From the NCBI GenBank assembly GCA_002343685.1, contig DDRS01000021.1, positions 38,283-102,282 of the forward strand: DNA of 64,000 nucleotides, written 5' to 3'. Each line of letters begins with the position of its first letter. Position 1 is the stretch's first letter. The DNA is from Thiobacillus denitrificans. Lineage in GTDB: Bacteria; Pseudomonadota; Gammaproteobacteria; Burkholderiales; Thiobacillaceae. Below the pieces are notes generated by a model, which saw only the letters and a program-made list of their open reading frames with translations, had not been told where the DNA came from and made no database searches. Made by a program: the position numbers and the translations under genes. Below are positions 30,325 through 39,552 of this stretch, in pieces.

Positions 30325-32151
30325 ATGGATGGCATTTTTGGCTGGCTGGGCGACCACGGCGCGCATCAGGACCTGATCCGACATATGAGGGGAGCAGCCA
30401 ACCCGGCACCGGAAGGCCTGCTGCACGAACACAGCAGCCAGATGCTGGGGGTGGCCGCGTCTTCGCGCTTCGGCAAGGCCGACATCCACGTCGAAAACGG
30501 TCTCGCCGCCACACTGACGGGGCGCCCGGTCTTCCTCGACGAGGAGCTGGCCTTCATCGCCCGCGACCGCAATCCGGCCACCGCCGTAGCGCACGGCTGG
30601 ATACGCCATGGTGAGACGCTGCCCACGCTGATGCACGGCAATTTCGCCTTTGCCGTGCTGGAACCGCTCAAGAAGAAAGCCTGCCTGGTTCTCGATCGTG
30701 TGGGGGCAGAGCGCCTCTGCTATGCATATCGGGGCGGCCATCTGGTGTTCGGCACCAGCGCACAGAACGCCAGCGCCCATCCCGCGATCGGGCGGGTCAT
30801 CGACCCCCAGGCGATCTACGACTATCTGTATTTCCATACCATTCCGGCACCTCGCAGCCTCTATCAAGGCGTGCACAAACTGTTGCCGGGGCAAATGGTC
30901 ACCTTGAAAAACGGTCAGCTCAGCACCGCATTTTACTGGCAGGCCGATTACACGCCGGTCGATGCCGGATTCGACGCCCATCGCAGCGATTTTCGAACCG
31001 TACTGGATGAGGCCGTACGTGATGTCGATGCCCCTTCCACGGCGGCGTTTCTGTCCGGCGGGACCGACAGCTCGACAGTTGTCGGCGCGCTCACCGCCGT
31101 ACGCGGCGCACCGGTCGACACTTTTTCCATCGGCTTCGATGCCGACGGGTTCGACGAAATGGAATACGCACGCTGCGCGGCCGAGCGCTACGGCAGCCGC
31201 AGTCACGAGTATTACCTGAAGCCCGCCGACATCGTGACGGCGATTCCCGTCATCGCACGCGAGTACGACGAACCTTTCGGCAACGATTCGGCGGTACCGA
31301 CCTATTTCTGCGCCAAGGCCGCACGTGAGGCGGGTTTCGAACACATGCTGGCAGGCGACGGCGGCGACGAGATCTTCGGCGGCAATGCGCGCTATGCCAA
31401 GCAGAAACTGTTCGAGAATTATTTTCGTCTGCCCGCGGCAATCCGGCGCGGCGTGGTAGAGCCGATCGCACACCTGCCCGGGCTGTCCGACCGCTTTCCC
31501 CTGGCCAAGCTGAAAAGCTACGTACGGCAAGCCAACATGGGCCTGCCACTGCGCCTGGAAAGCTACAACTTCCTGCACCGTACCCCGCTCGACCAGATCC
31601 TTGCGCCGGATTTCATCCATGCCGTCGACCCTTCGACAGCAGACGCCGCGCTCACCGAAGTCTATGAACGTACTGCCTCCGACCATTACATCAATCGCAT
31701 GATGCATCTGGATCTGAAGTTCACCCTGGCCGACAACGACCTGCGCAAGGTGGGCACGATGACCGAAGCGGCCGGCATCGAAGTGCACTATCCGCTGCTC
31801 GACGACCGCATGGTCGCCTTCGCCAACCATCTGCCGGTCGACTACAAGGTGCGCGGCCAGATGCTGCGCTGGTTCTTCAAGGAGGCCCTGCGCGATCTGC
31901 TGCCCGAGAAGATCATCAACAAGAGCAAGCACGGCTTCGGCCTGCCGTTCGGCGTGTGGAGCACCCAATATGCACCGCTCGGCGACCTCGTCGGCGACAG
32001 CCTCGCGGACTTCAAGCAGCGCGGCTGGATCCAGCCGGCCTATCTGGACCATATGCTGGCCATGCAACGCGGACCGTACGCCAGCTACTACGGCGTGATG
32101 ATCTGGGTGACCATGATGCTGGAGCAATGGCTGCAGGCGAACGAACACTGA
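30325..32151 (+). CDS. Asparagine synthase-like amide ligase lacking N-terminal Cys
   Basis: Starts MDGIFG; FLSGGTDSS, GDGGDEIFGG, HYPLLD, KHGFGLP. Confidence 0.88.
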   Translation: MDGIFGWLGDHGAHQDLIRHMRGAANPAPEGLLHEHSSQMLGVAASSRFGKADIHVENGLAATLTGRPVFLDEELAFIARDRNPATAVAHGWIRHGETLPTLMHGNFAFAVLEPLKKKACLVLDRVGAERLCYAYRGGHLVFGTSAQNASAHPAIGRVIDPQAIYDYLYFHTIPAPRSLYQGVHKLLPGQMVTLKNGQLSTAFYWQADYTPVDAGFDAHRSDFRTVLDEAVRDVDAPSTAAFLSGGTDSSTVVGALTAVRGAPVDTFSIGFDADGFDEMEYARCAAERYGSRSHEYYLKPADIVTAIPVIAREYDEPFGNDSAVPTYFCAKAAREAGFEHMLAGDGGDEIFGGNARYAKQKLFENYFRLPAAIRRGVVEPIAHLPGLSDRFPLAKLKSYVRQANMGLPLRLESYNFLHRTPLDQILAPDFIHAVDPSTADAALTEVYERTASDHYINRMMHLDLKFTLADNDLRKVGTMTEAAGIEVHYPLLDDRMVAFANHLPVDYKVRGQMLRWFFKEALRDLLPEKIINKSKHGFGLPFGVWSTQYAPLGDLVGDSLADFKQRGWIQPAYLDHMLAMQRGPYASYYGVMIWVTMMLEQWLQANEH

Positions 32152-32172
32152 AGCGAACGCCGGCCAGCAGAC

Positions 32173-33606
32173 TCAGAAGTCGAAATAGATGAACTTCTGG
32201 CTGCTGCCGCCGAAGACGATGAGCGTCAGCGCCAGGCCTGCGTAGGCCGTGCCGCGCAGCGTGAAATGCAGTTGCCCCCAGCGCTGCAGACCTTGTCTCA
32301 AGAACCGTTCGATGGACGGTTCCAACAAGGTGAGCAGCAGACAGCCCCACACCAGCAGCTGCACATAGCTGCGTACCGACGCGACCTCGGTCGTCTCTCC
32401 CAGCCCCAGCATTGCCGCGGTGATGATCCACGCATCGTGAAACGAGTGCGCCCGGAAGAACACCCAGCTGATCCACACCAGTGCAAGCGTCACCGGCCAG
32501 CCCAGCCAGGACAGTAGCCGTGCGCTGAAGGAATGCGACAGCACGCCCAACCGCGAATAAAGGTCGAGCAGCAGGCGATGCAGCACCAGATAACCGCCAT
32601 GCAGGAACCCCCAGAACACGAAGGTCCAGGCGGCGCCGTGCCAGAGTCCGCCCAGCAGCATCGTGATCATCAGATTGGCCAGGTTGCGGGACTTGCCGCG
32701 CCGGTTGCCGCCGAGCGAGAAATACAGGTAGTCGCGCAGCCAGCGCGACAGGGTGATGTGCCAGCGCTGCCAGAATTCGCGGACGCTGCGGCTGGTATAG
32801 GGGTGGAGGAAGTTGCGCGGCAGGGTCACGCCGAACATCAGCGCCAGGCCGATGGCCATTTCGCTGTAGCCGGAAAAGTCGAAATAGATTTGCAGCGCAA
32901 ATGAAGTCGTGGCGAGCCAGGCCAGGTAGAAGTCCAGCATGTCGGGGCGGCTGAACAAGTCGTCGGTCAGGAGCGAGAGATTGTCGGCAAACAACACTTT
33001 CTTGACCAGGCCCACCATGAACACCAGTGCGCCCAGTTTGACGAACTCCGCCTTCAGCGGCTGCAGGGATTCCAGCTGTTCGACCAGCTCGGAGGCACGC
33101 AGGATGGGGCCGGCGATCATATGCGGGAAGAAGGTCACATACAGCCACCAGGCGCGAAAGGAAATGCGGTGCGTCCATTCGCCCCGGTAGACGTCGATCA
33201 TCACCGACAGCATGTGGAAGGTATAGAAGCTGATGCCCAGCGGCAGCGCCCAGTCCGCCCAACCGGGCGGCGCGCCGCCCACAGGCAGATCGAACCAAGT
33301 GCCCAGCGTCCACAGGCTGTCCAATGCCATCCCGAGATATTTGACGACCCCCAGAAAGCCCAGGTTCAGCACCAGGCCCGTCACCAGCAGCCGCTTGCTG
33401 CGGGTAGCCGACAGACCCGAGTAGATCAAGTAATTGAGGCTGACCGACATCGCCAGTAGGATGAGATAGACCGGTTTCCAGGACGCATAGAAAATCAGGC
33501 TGCCGACCAGGATGACGGCAGCACGCTCGCGATAATTGCGTGCGCCGGCGTAGAACATCAGCAGCACGGCAAAGAACAGCAGGAAAGTCGGTGAGCTGAA
33601 CAACAT
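32173..33606 (-). CDS. MBOAT O-acyltransferase (AlgI/DltB-like)
   Basis: PLGISFYTF, FFPHMIAGPI, YFDFSGYS, FWQRWHITLS, GLWHGA, FIYFDF. Confidence 0.95.
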   Translation of the reverse strand: MLFSSPTFLLFFAVLLMFYAGARNYRERAAVILVGSLIFYASWKPVYLILLAMSVSLNYLIYSGLSATRSKRLLVTGLVLNLGFLGVVKYLGMALDSLWTLGTWFDLPVGGAPPGWADWALPLGISFYTFHMLSVMIDVYRGEWTHRISFRAWWLYVTFFPHMIAGPILRASELVEQLESLQPLKAEFVKLGALVFMVGLVKKVLFADNLSLLTDDLFSRPDMLDFYLAWLATTSFALQIYFDFSGYSEMAIGLALMFGVTLPRNFLHPYTSRSVREFWQRWHITLSRWLRDYLYFSLGGNRRGKSRNLANLMITMLLGGLWHGAAWTFVFWGFLHGGYLVLHRLLLDLYSRLGVLSHSFSARLLSWLGWPVTLALVWISWVFFRAHSFHDAWIITAAMLGLGETTEVASVRSYVQLLVWGCLLLTLLEPSIERFLRQGLQRWGQLHFTLRGTAYAGLALTLIVFGGSSQKFIYFDF

Positions 33607-33608
33607 GC

Positions 33609-34604
33609 CTATCGATCCTTCCAGGCGGCCAGCTGATGCCCCAGTTCGGCGCTGTAACGCTGCGCGCCCCGGTCGTTCAAATGGCCTGCGTTGACGAAGT
33701 CGTCAGGGCCGAAGCCGGTCGGCGTGGGCAACACGATCACGCCACGTTGCCGCAAGCGTGCCAGCAGTGCCCGATAGGAGGCGGCCTCGGGGCGGGGATC
33801 GACAAAGGCGGACAAGCGGTCGCGCAAGGGCGGCAGGGTGACGAACACCCGTACGCCGCGCGACTGCAGGAGATCGATCGCCTGCCATAAAAAACGTTCG
33901 ACGGCCGGTGCCGGAGGATGCAAGGCCGCACCTTCCTGCTGTGCCACCTGACCCGCATTCTGGGCTGCGCCGAAACCCGCTCGATAGCCCGAATAGGCTG
34001 CTGCCGCCCCCCCGACCGGATCGAGCGAGCGCACACTGGCCTCGACGAATCGCAGCGCCTTGTCCGGTTCGCGCAACTGGCGAAGGTTGCCGCTGTACGA
34101 CCACAGCCGCAGATGGCTTCCCAGCCAGTCGCGATAGCGGCCCGCATCCCACAGGGCGCGCCGGTCGGCAAGAAAGCTGACGTAACCGAGCGAATTGTCT
34201 TCCTGCAGGGCGCTTTCATCCAGGCCGAGCACCACGGTCTGAATCGCCGCTTTTCCCAGCAGGCCGCGATCGTCCAGGCGCCGGATTTCGCCGTGATACA
34301 CGATGGCATTGGCGCCCGGCAAACCCAGGTTGAAGCCGCTCGGGACATGACCCAGCCAGGCCCGCTCCACTGTACGCGGATCGATACCGTTGTCCGTTCG
34401 GCTGTTGCCGATGAAGAGGATATGCGGTGGGTGGCGCTCGACCTCGAACAGCTTGTCGTAGGCTCGCCCCTGGGCAAAAACCGCACGGTAGCGGAACATC
34501 ACGGCTTCACTGTGCAGGGCCAGTTCAACCAGGCCCGTCAGCAGAAACGCCAGCCAGAAGGCCCAGCCCAGCCCGGGCGGCAGGCGCAAGCGAATCCCCG
34601 GCAC
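33609..34604 (-). CDS. SGNH-like periplasmic acyltransferase partner (AlgJ/DltD-like)
   Basis: N-terminal TM, FIGNSR, FNLG, NAGHLN; adjacent to MBOAT. Confidence 0.7.
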   Translation of the reverse strand: MPGIRLRLPPGLGWAFWLAFLLTGLVELALHSEAVMFRYRAVFAQGRAYDKLFEVERHPPHILFIGNSRTDNGIDPRTVERAWLGHVPSGFNLGLPGANAIVYHGEIRRLDDRGLLGKAAIQTVVLGLDESALQEDNSLGYVSFLADRRALWDAGRYRDWLGSHLRLWSYSGNLRQLREPDKALRFVEASVRSLDPVGGAAAAYSGYRAGFGAAQNAGQVAQQEGAALHPPAPAVERFLWQAIDLLQSRGVRVFVTLPPLRDRLSAFVDPRPEAASYRALLARLRQRGVIVLPTPTGFGPDDFVNAGHLNDRGAQRYSAELGHQLAAWKDR

Positions 34605-34606
34605 GG

Positions 34607-35929
34607 TCAGCCTCTGGGCCCGGTACTTTCCGGGCTGAACCGGCTCGACGGATGAGGCAGTTCACTACCCTGAACGCGGCCTTCGACAGGGACCACCTTT
34701 GCCAGTACGCCGGAAAACTTGGCGGCCAGCACCAGGATGATCATCAAATGGTAGGGCAGGTCGAAATGACTCATGCCCAGGAATGCGCCGGCCACCGCAT
34801 AACCGATGAGGCTCACCTGGATCATGGCCGCAAGATCGGCTGCCCATTTTTGCTCGGGGTCATGCTTGCATCGCTTGATGATCTGCCGGGCACGGATCCA
34901 GGCCAGCAATCCTAGCAGCATGAACAAGGCGAATCCGATGAACCCCTGCTCCCCCATCATCTCGAAATAGATGCTGTGCACATCGTGGACATTCCAGGGG
35001 TCCGGGGCATATTGGCGGAATGTGGGCGGCCTGAACATATCAAAGCCGCCGCCCGTGATGCGAACCTTCGCCACATTGTATGCGGTGTGCCAGGCATTGA
35101 TGCGGCCCTCCGCCGACTGGTCGGTCTGATAGGTCTTGATCGTATTCATCCGGTCATACCAGGCCTGCGGCATGATCGAGGCCATGATGGCCACGGCGAT
35201 CAGCATGTAAAAGCCGGTGACGATCTTGTTGCGGCTTTTCATCCACAGGAACAGCCCCATCGCCACCATCGCCAGCATGCCGCCACGCGACTGGCTGCCG
35301 ATGGCTGCTACGCCGGTCAGCACCATGGCGCTGGCCAGTCCGATCTTGACCCACTTGCGCGTTTCCTGCAGGTGGAGGTAGCGGATGAGCGGAATCGTCA
35401 TCACCAGGGCGAGTGCCATTTCGTTGTTGCCGCCGACAAAGGTGCCGGTCGGCCCCTGCACGCGGTATACCCCGCCGTTGATGATGGTGAAGATCCCGCC
35501 CTTGACGCCGTAGAACCCGAACGACAATGCAATCACCCAGACCAGCCAGTGCAGCTTGTAGCGCTCGTTGATGATCAGCACCGTGAGCAGGACCATCAGC
35601 ATGATCTTCCAGACCTTGTTCCACTGGAACCATGCCAGGTCAGGGTAGAACGCAAAGAAAGTGGTAAACAACATCCAGCCGGTAAGGATCAGCAGGACGA
35701 TGACTTCGCGCGTCCACAGCATCTCCTTCTTTTCCTTCGACGCCATGAAGGCGAGGATGGTGACGCTACCGACGATCATCGAGAACGGCATGTTGTAGGC
35801 AAAACCCCACGCCAGCCGGTGCGGATTCATGTAGCCGAGCCACGACCACAGCAGGATGCCCAGCCAGGGACGTCTGAAGACGAAAGGCAATAGGCCGAAA
35901 ATCAGGCCGGTGATGAACAGATCTCTCAT
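34607..35929 (-). CDS. Putative O-glycosylation ligase / Wzy-like polymerase, exosortase A-associated
   Basis: MNPHRL, GNNE, SRGG, HSIYFE; multi-TM; TIGR03097-like. Confidence 0.88.
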   Translation of the reverse strand: MRDLFITGLIFGLLPFVFRRPWLGILLWSWLGYMNPHRLAWGFAYNMPFSMIVGSVTILAFMASKEKKEMLWTREVIVLLILTGWMLFTTFFAFYPDLAWFQWNKVWKIMLMVLLTVLIINERYKLHWLVWVIALSFGFYGVKGGIFTIINGGVYRVQGPTGTFVGGNNEMALALVMTIPLIRYLHLQETRKWVKIGLASAMVLTGVAAIGSQSRGGMLAMVAMGLFLWMKSRNKIVTGFYMLIAVAIMASIMPQAWYDRMNTIKTYQTDQSAEGRINAWHTAYNVAKVRITGGGFDMFRPPTFRQYAPDPWNVHDVHSIYFEMMGEQGFIGFALFMLLGLLAWIRARQIIKRCKHDPEQKWAADLAAMIQVSLIGYAVAGAFLGMSHFDLPYHLMIILVLAAKFSGVLAKVVPVEGRVQGSELPHPSSRFSPESTGPRG

Positions 35930-36074
35930 GCGGGTTCGGCTTTCTGCGCGGCGGGCGGAATGATGGCGCCTGACCGATCCGTCATCAAGCCACCCGGAAA
36001 ATATTGCGCCCTCGAGGTGTTGCAACAGAACGCGGCAGCGCTGGGCCAGGCTTGTGGCTTTATGGCCAGGGCAC

Positions 36075-37451
36075 TCATCGGCCGACCTGCGCCAGTGCGC
36101 CATGCACGGGGACATGACTCACCACATAGCGATGCTTGCCGGACGCTTCCGGCGCGATCGCGTCCAGCAAACAGATATCGACGGCCAGCTTGGTGCCCAG
36201 ACGCGCCTGCAGCCCCCGGATCACGGCTGCGCGCGCTTCGTCGTTCCAGCGCGTGTCCGGGACGACCTGTACTTCGAGCCGGTCTAGCGCATGCTGGATC
36301 AGCTTGAACTGCCCCACGCCCGGCACCGCGCGCAGCACATAGATCACCGCCAAGGCATGCATGATGCGGCCGTCGGCGGCAACGATGAAATCGGTCTGTC
36401 GCCCCACCACGGTATCCAGTACCGTGAGGCCGCGTCCGCTCGGGTCGTGCCGGCCCGAATGGCGCACCACGTCGCCGGTACGGTAGCGGATGAACGGTTG
36501 GGCGGCCGACACCAGGCTGGTGATCACGGCCTCGCCTTCCTCCACTGGATTGCCCGCCGCGTCGAGCACCTCGATCAGATGCGTTTCGCACATCTGCAGC
36601 AACACCCCATCTGGCGACTGCAAGGCCATCAGGCCGGCATCGCGCGCGCCGTATTCGACCGAGACCGGCACCCCGAACACCCGTTCGATCAGTTCGCGTT
36701 GATGCGGAAACAAGGGCTCGCCCGTGGTGCTGACCACGCGCAGTGCGGGCGGCCGGAGCCGCGTGCCGCGCGCCTCGGCATGCGCTGCGAGCAACGCCAG
36801 GCTGCTGGCATAGCCATAGATCGCTTTCGGGTTCCAGGCTCGCATGGCTTCCAAATACTCGTCCATGCACGCAGGCGACATGTCGAACGCATTCAGCAGC
36901 AGCTGGTTGACCAGCCGGTCGCGCAAGGTCTTGATGCGATCGGTCTTGCTCAGCTCCACCGGTGCGCCCCACAGATAGACTTCGCGCTCGCCGGGTTCCA
37001 CGCCCCACCAGCGTCGCGCGCGCAATCGCCCGGCCGCATCCGCGGCCTGGCGTGCACGGCCGAAATGGAAAATCAGCGGCTCGCCGCTGGAGCCGCCCGT
37101 CGTATAGGGAAACACGCCGCCCGGCACGTCACGCCACACCAGCTGTTCGACGTTCTCGCGCGCATCGCGCTTGTCCATCGTCGGCAAGCGCGACAAATCG
37201 CTCGGCAACACCGCCCCCGCCCGAACGGTCTCGACCAGCCCGGCGGCATGCAGCCGGGACGCATGCCAGGGGCTGTGCGCCAGCGCGGTTTGCAACAGTA
37301 CATTGAGATGCCCGGTCTGATAGTCCAGCATGTCGTCGCGCGACAGCCACTGGGTGCGCTCAAGTTCCTCCAGCATGGGAAACGTAGGCCGATGCATCGC
37401 CGCTTCCTGCAAGCGAAATACATTGCGGGCGAACCAGGCCGGCACGCTCAT
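36075..37451 (-). CDS. Phenylacetate-CoA ligase family (CapK-like) adenylating enzyme
   Basis: TTGGSSGEP, EYGARD, IRYRTGD, GRQTD, SGKHRY. Confidence 0.88.
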   Translation of the reverse strand: MSVPAWFARNVFRLQEAAMHRPTFPMLEELERTQWLSRDDMLDYQTGHLNVLLQTALAHSPWHASRLHAAGLVETVRAGAVLPSDLSRLPTMDKRDARENVEQLVWRDVPGGVFPYTTGGSSGEPLIFHFGRARQAADAAGRLRARRWWGVEPGEREVYLWGAPVELSKTDRIKTLRDRLVNQLLLNAFDMSPACMDEYLEAMRAWNPKAIYGYASSLALLAAHAEARGTRLRPPALRVVSTTGEPLFPHQRELIERVFGVPVSVEYGARDAGLMALQSPDGVLLQMCETHLIEVLDAAGNPVEEGEAVITSLVSAAQPFIRYRTGDVVRHSGRHDPSGRGLTVLDTVVGRQTDFIVAADGRIMHALAVIYVLRAVPGVGQFKLIQHALDRLEVQVVPDTRWNDEARAAVIRGLQARLGTKLAVDICLLDAIAPEASGKHRYVVSHVPVHGALAQVGR

Positions 37452-38293
37452 GTCCGACTCCGCAAAGACAATGCCTTGAAACGCGCCAACAGTTCGTCGC
37501 ACAAGGCCGTGACGGCCGGCGAAATGTCCGGTGGACTGCGATGCCTGACCGAGCGCGCATGGATGCGCCCTGCGATGGCGGCATTGAATCCTGGCAATTC
37601 GAGGAAATCGTATACCGCCGCGACCTCGCGCATCGGGTTCTGCACCAGTGCTTCGTAGAACACCACACGCACACGGGGGTCCGCTGCCAACTGATGTTCG
37701 AAGAACAGCGCATTGCGATAGAACCACATGATCGCGGCGCCTTCCGCCTCGCTGGCGTCAGGGCGGTACAAGGCCATCAGCAGCTCACGGGTCGCCGGCG
37801 ACATGCCGCGTCCGCGCCAGTCGCTCGTATCGCCGTGGGCCAGCCGATGCCACTGCGGCACGAAGTTTCCGAAAGAACGGATCGCCGAATTGACGCTGTC
37901 GCGCCAGTCGCGCACCACCCACAGGGTCTTGGCGGGACGGAACGTCGCCATCAAATGCGGAAGCTGGTCGAGTTCGCACAACGCCTTGATCACGAACACC
38001 GGCGCCGGGCTTGCCAACGCCAACTGGCGGATCACGGCAGGATCGCGCATCTCGTAACGTTCGAATGCGCGCGGATCGGTCTCGTGAAACACCTGGGTGG
38101 CCGCGCTGGCATCCAGCACGTCCATCAGGAGATTGGTCCCGGAGCGCTGCATGCCCGCCACGAAAACATGCTGGGCCACCGGGTGCGGACGCAGGCGCTG
38201 GCGCCATACCTTGGCGTGGCGCCACAGCGCATGTCGAATTCGTGTCGACATGCTGCGGGCATCATGGCCGGTCGCAGGCTTGGCGGCGCTCAT
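37448..38293 (-). CDS. Sulfotransferase
   Basis: VFVAGMQRSGTN, VVRDWRDSVNS, VFYEALV. Confidence 0.82.
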   Translation of the reverse strand: MSAAKPATGHDARSMSTRIRHALWRHAKVWRQRLRPHPVAQHVFVAGMQRSGTNLLMDVLDASAATQVFHETDPRAFERYEMRDPAVIRQLALASPAPVFVIKALCELDQLPHLMATFRPAKTLWVVRDWRDSVNSAIRSFGNFVPQWHRLAHGDTSDWRGRGMSPATRELLMALYRPDASEAEGAAIMWFYRNALFFEHQLAADPRVRVVFYEALVQNPMREVAAVYDFLELPGFNAAIAGRIHARSVRHRSPPDISPAVTALCDELLARFKALSLRSRT

Positions 38294-39552
38294 TGCCCGG
38301 CCGCCGCCGGCGCAGACCGGACGGAAGAAGCTGGCGCAGCCAGCAGGGCATCGAATGCGCGCAGCAGTTGTGCCACACGCTTGTCCCACTGGTTGGCCTG
38401 CGCATAGTCGATGATCGCGGTGCGATCCCAATTCTTGTCGAGTGCGGCGTCCAAGGCCTGCTGCAGGGCCGCGGCGTCGCCGAACGGCACGATGCTGCCG
38501 AGCGCGTCACGGCAGACCACTTCCGCGTTGCCGCCCACATCGGTGGTCACGACGGGCAGGCCACAGGCCATGGCCTCGAGAAACACGTTCGCCCAGCCTT
38601 CGTTGCGGGTGGCCAGCACGAACACATCGGCAGCCGACAGCGGCCATTTGAGCGCGTCGGGCGGCAGCGTGCCAAGGAAATGTACGCGTCCGCTCAATCC
38701 CAGCCGGGCGACCTGCGCCTCGAGCTCGGCGCGCAGATCGCCTTCGCCGCCACCGCCGCCGACGATGAGGTAATGCAGATCCGGATGGCGCGCCATGAGC
38801 GGCGGCAGGCAATCGATGACGCGGTGCATGCCCTTGCGCTCGACCAGGCCGCCGACCGAAATCAGCACCTGCGCCCGGTCCGGCAAATCGAAGCGCGCGC
38901 GCGCGGCAACGCGATCGACGGGATGAAAAACATGGGTATCCACACCGTTGCCGACCACTTCGGTTTTGCTTGCGTCGACACCAAGATCCAGCGCCAGTTG
39001 GCGCAGCGAGCCGGATACCGAGAACACCCGCGCCGCCGCACCAAGCGCGCGTACCAGCTGGCGGCGCAAGACCGGATTGCGGCTATGCGGCACTTCGGTG
39101 CCGCGCAAGGTCAGGGTCACCGGCAAACCCAGCCAGCGCCCCAGCCGGGTCGCGGCATCGCCGTCCGGGTAGCCGAAATGCGCATCGATGAGCCGTGCGC
39201 CTTCGCGCCGCAGGCGCCGCATCAGAAAAAAGCAGCACAGCGCCATCGATGCGCCGTCGAGCCGACGCAACAGGCCGGGCAACGACAGGAAGCGCGGATG
39301 ATAGACGCGGATGCCCTGCTGGATTTCCAGCGCCGGCGCCTGCGGGCGATAGCCGGGACGCAGCCGGCGGATCAGCGACTGCCCGGGAAACCACGCCTGC
39401 GGCGAGACGACGGCAAGCGGCCGCTGCTGCGCCACGCGAAACATGCGCTCGCGGATGAACAGCCCCGCAGCGGGGCGAGCCGCACTGGGGAACAGCGAAC
39501 TGAACACGACCAGATCGAGGCGGCCCGCATCGGCGGTACATCCGTCAGCCAA
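38290..39552 (-). CDS. Glycosyltransferase family 4
   Basis: IDAHFGYPDG, VGGLVERKG, EGWANVFLEAMACG. Confidence 0.92.
   Translation of the reverse strand: MADGCTADAGRLDLVVFSSLFPSAARPAAGLFIRERMFRVAQQRPLAVVSPQAWFPGQSLIRRLRPGYRPQAPALEIQQGIRVYHPRFLSLPGLLRRLDGASMALCCFFLMRRLRREGARLIDAHFGYPDGDAATRLGRWLGLPVTLTLRGTEVPHSRNPVLRRQLVRALGAAARVFSVSGSLRQLALDLGVDASKTEVVGNGVDTHVFHPVDRVAARARFDLPDRAQVLISVGGLVERKGMHRVIDCLPPLMARHPDLHYLIVGGGGGEGDLRAELEAQVARLGLSGRVHFLGTLPPDALKWPLSAADVFVLATRNEGWANVFLEAMACGLPVVTTDVGGNAEVVCRDALGSIVPFGDAAALQQALDAALDKNWDRTAIIDYAQANQWDKRVAQLLRAFDALLAAPASSVRSAPAAAGQ

Noticed and set aside
30295..32148. Long antisense ORFs (617 aa here; also 14392-16125, 24315-25994, 53786-55576)
   Set aside because: Shadow frames of high-GC genes with no recognisable motifs
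30325..32151. Lasso-peptide cyclase
   Set aside because: No precursor, B1/PqqD or B2 peptidase genes nearby; the context is polysaccharide synthesis
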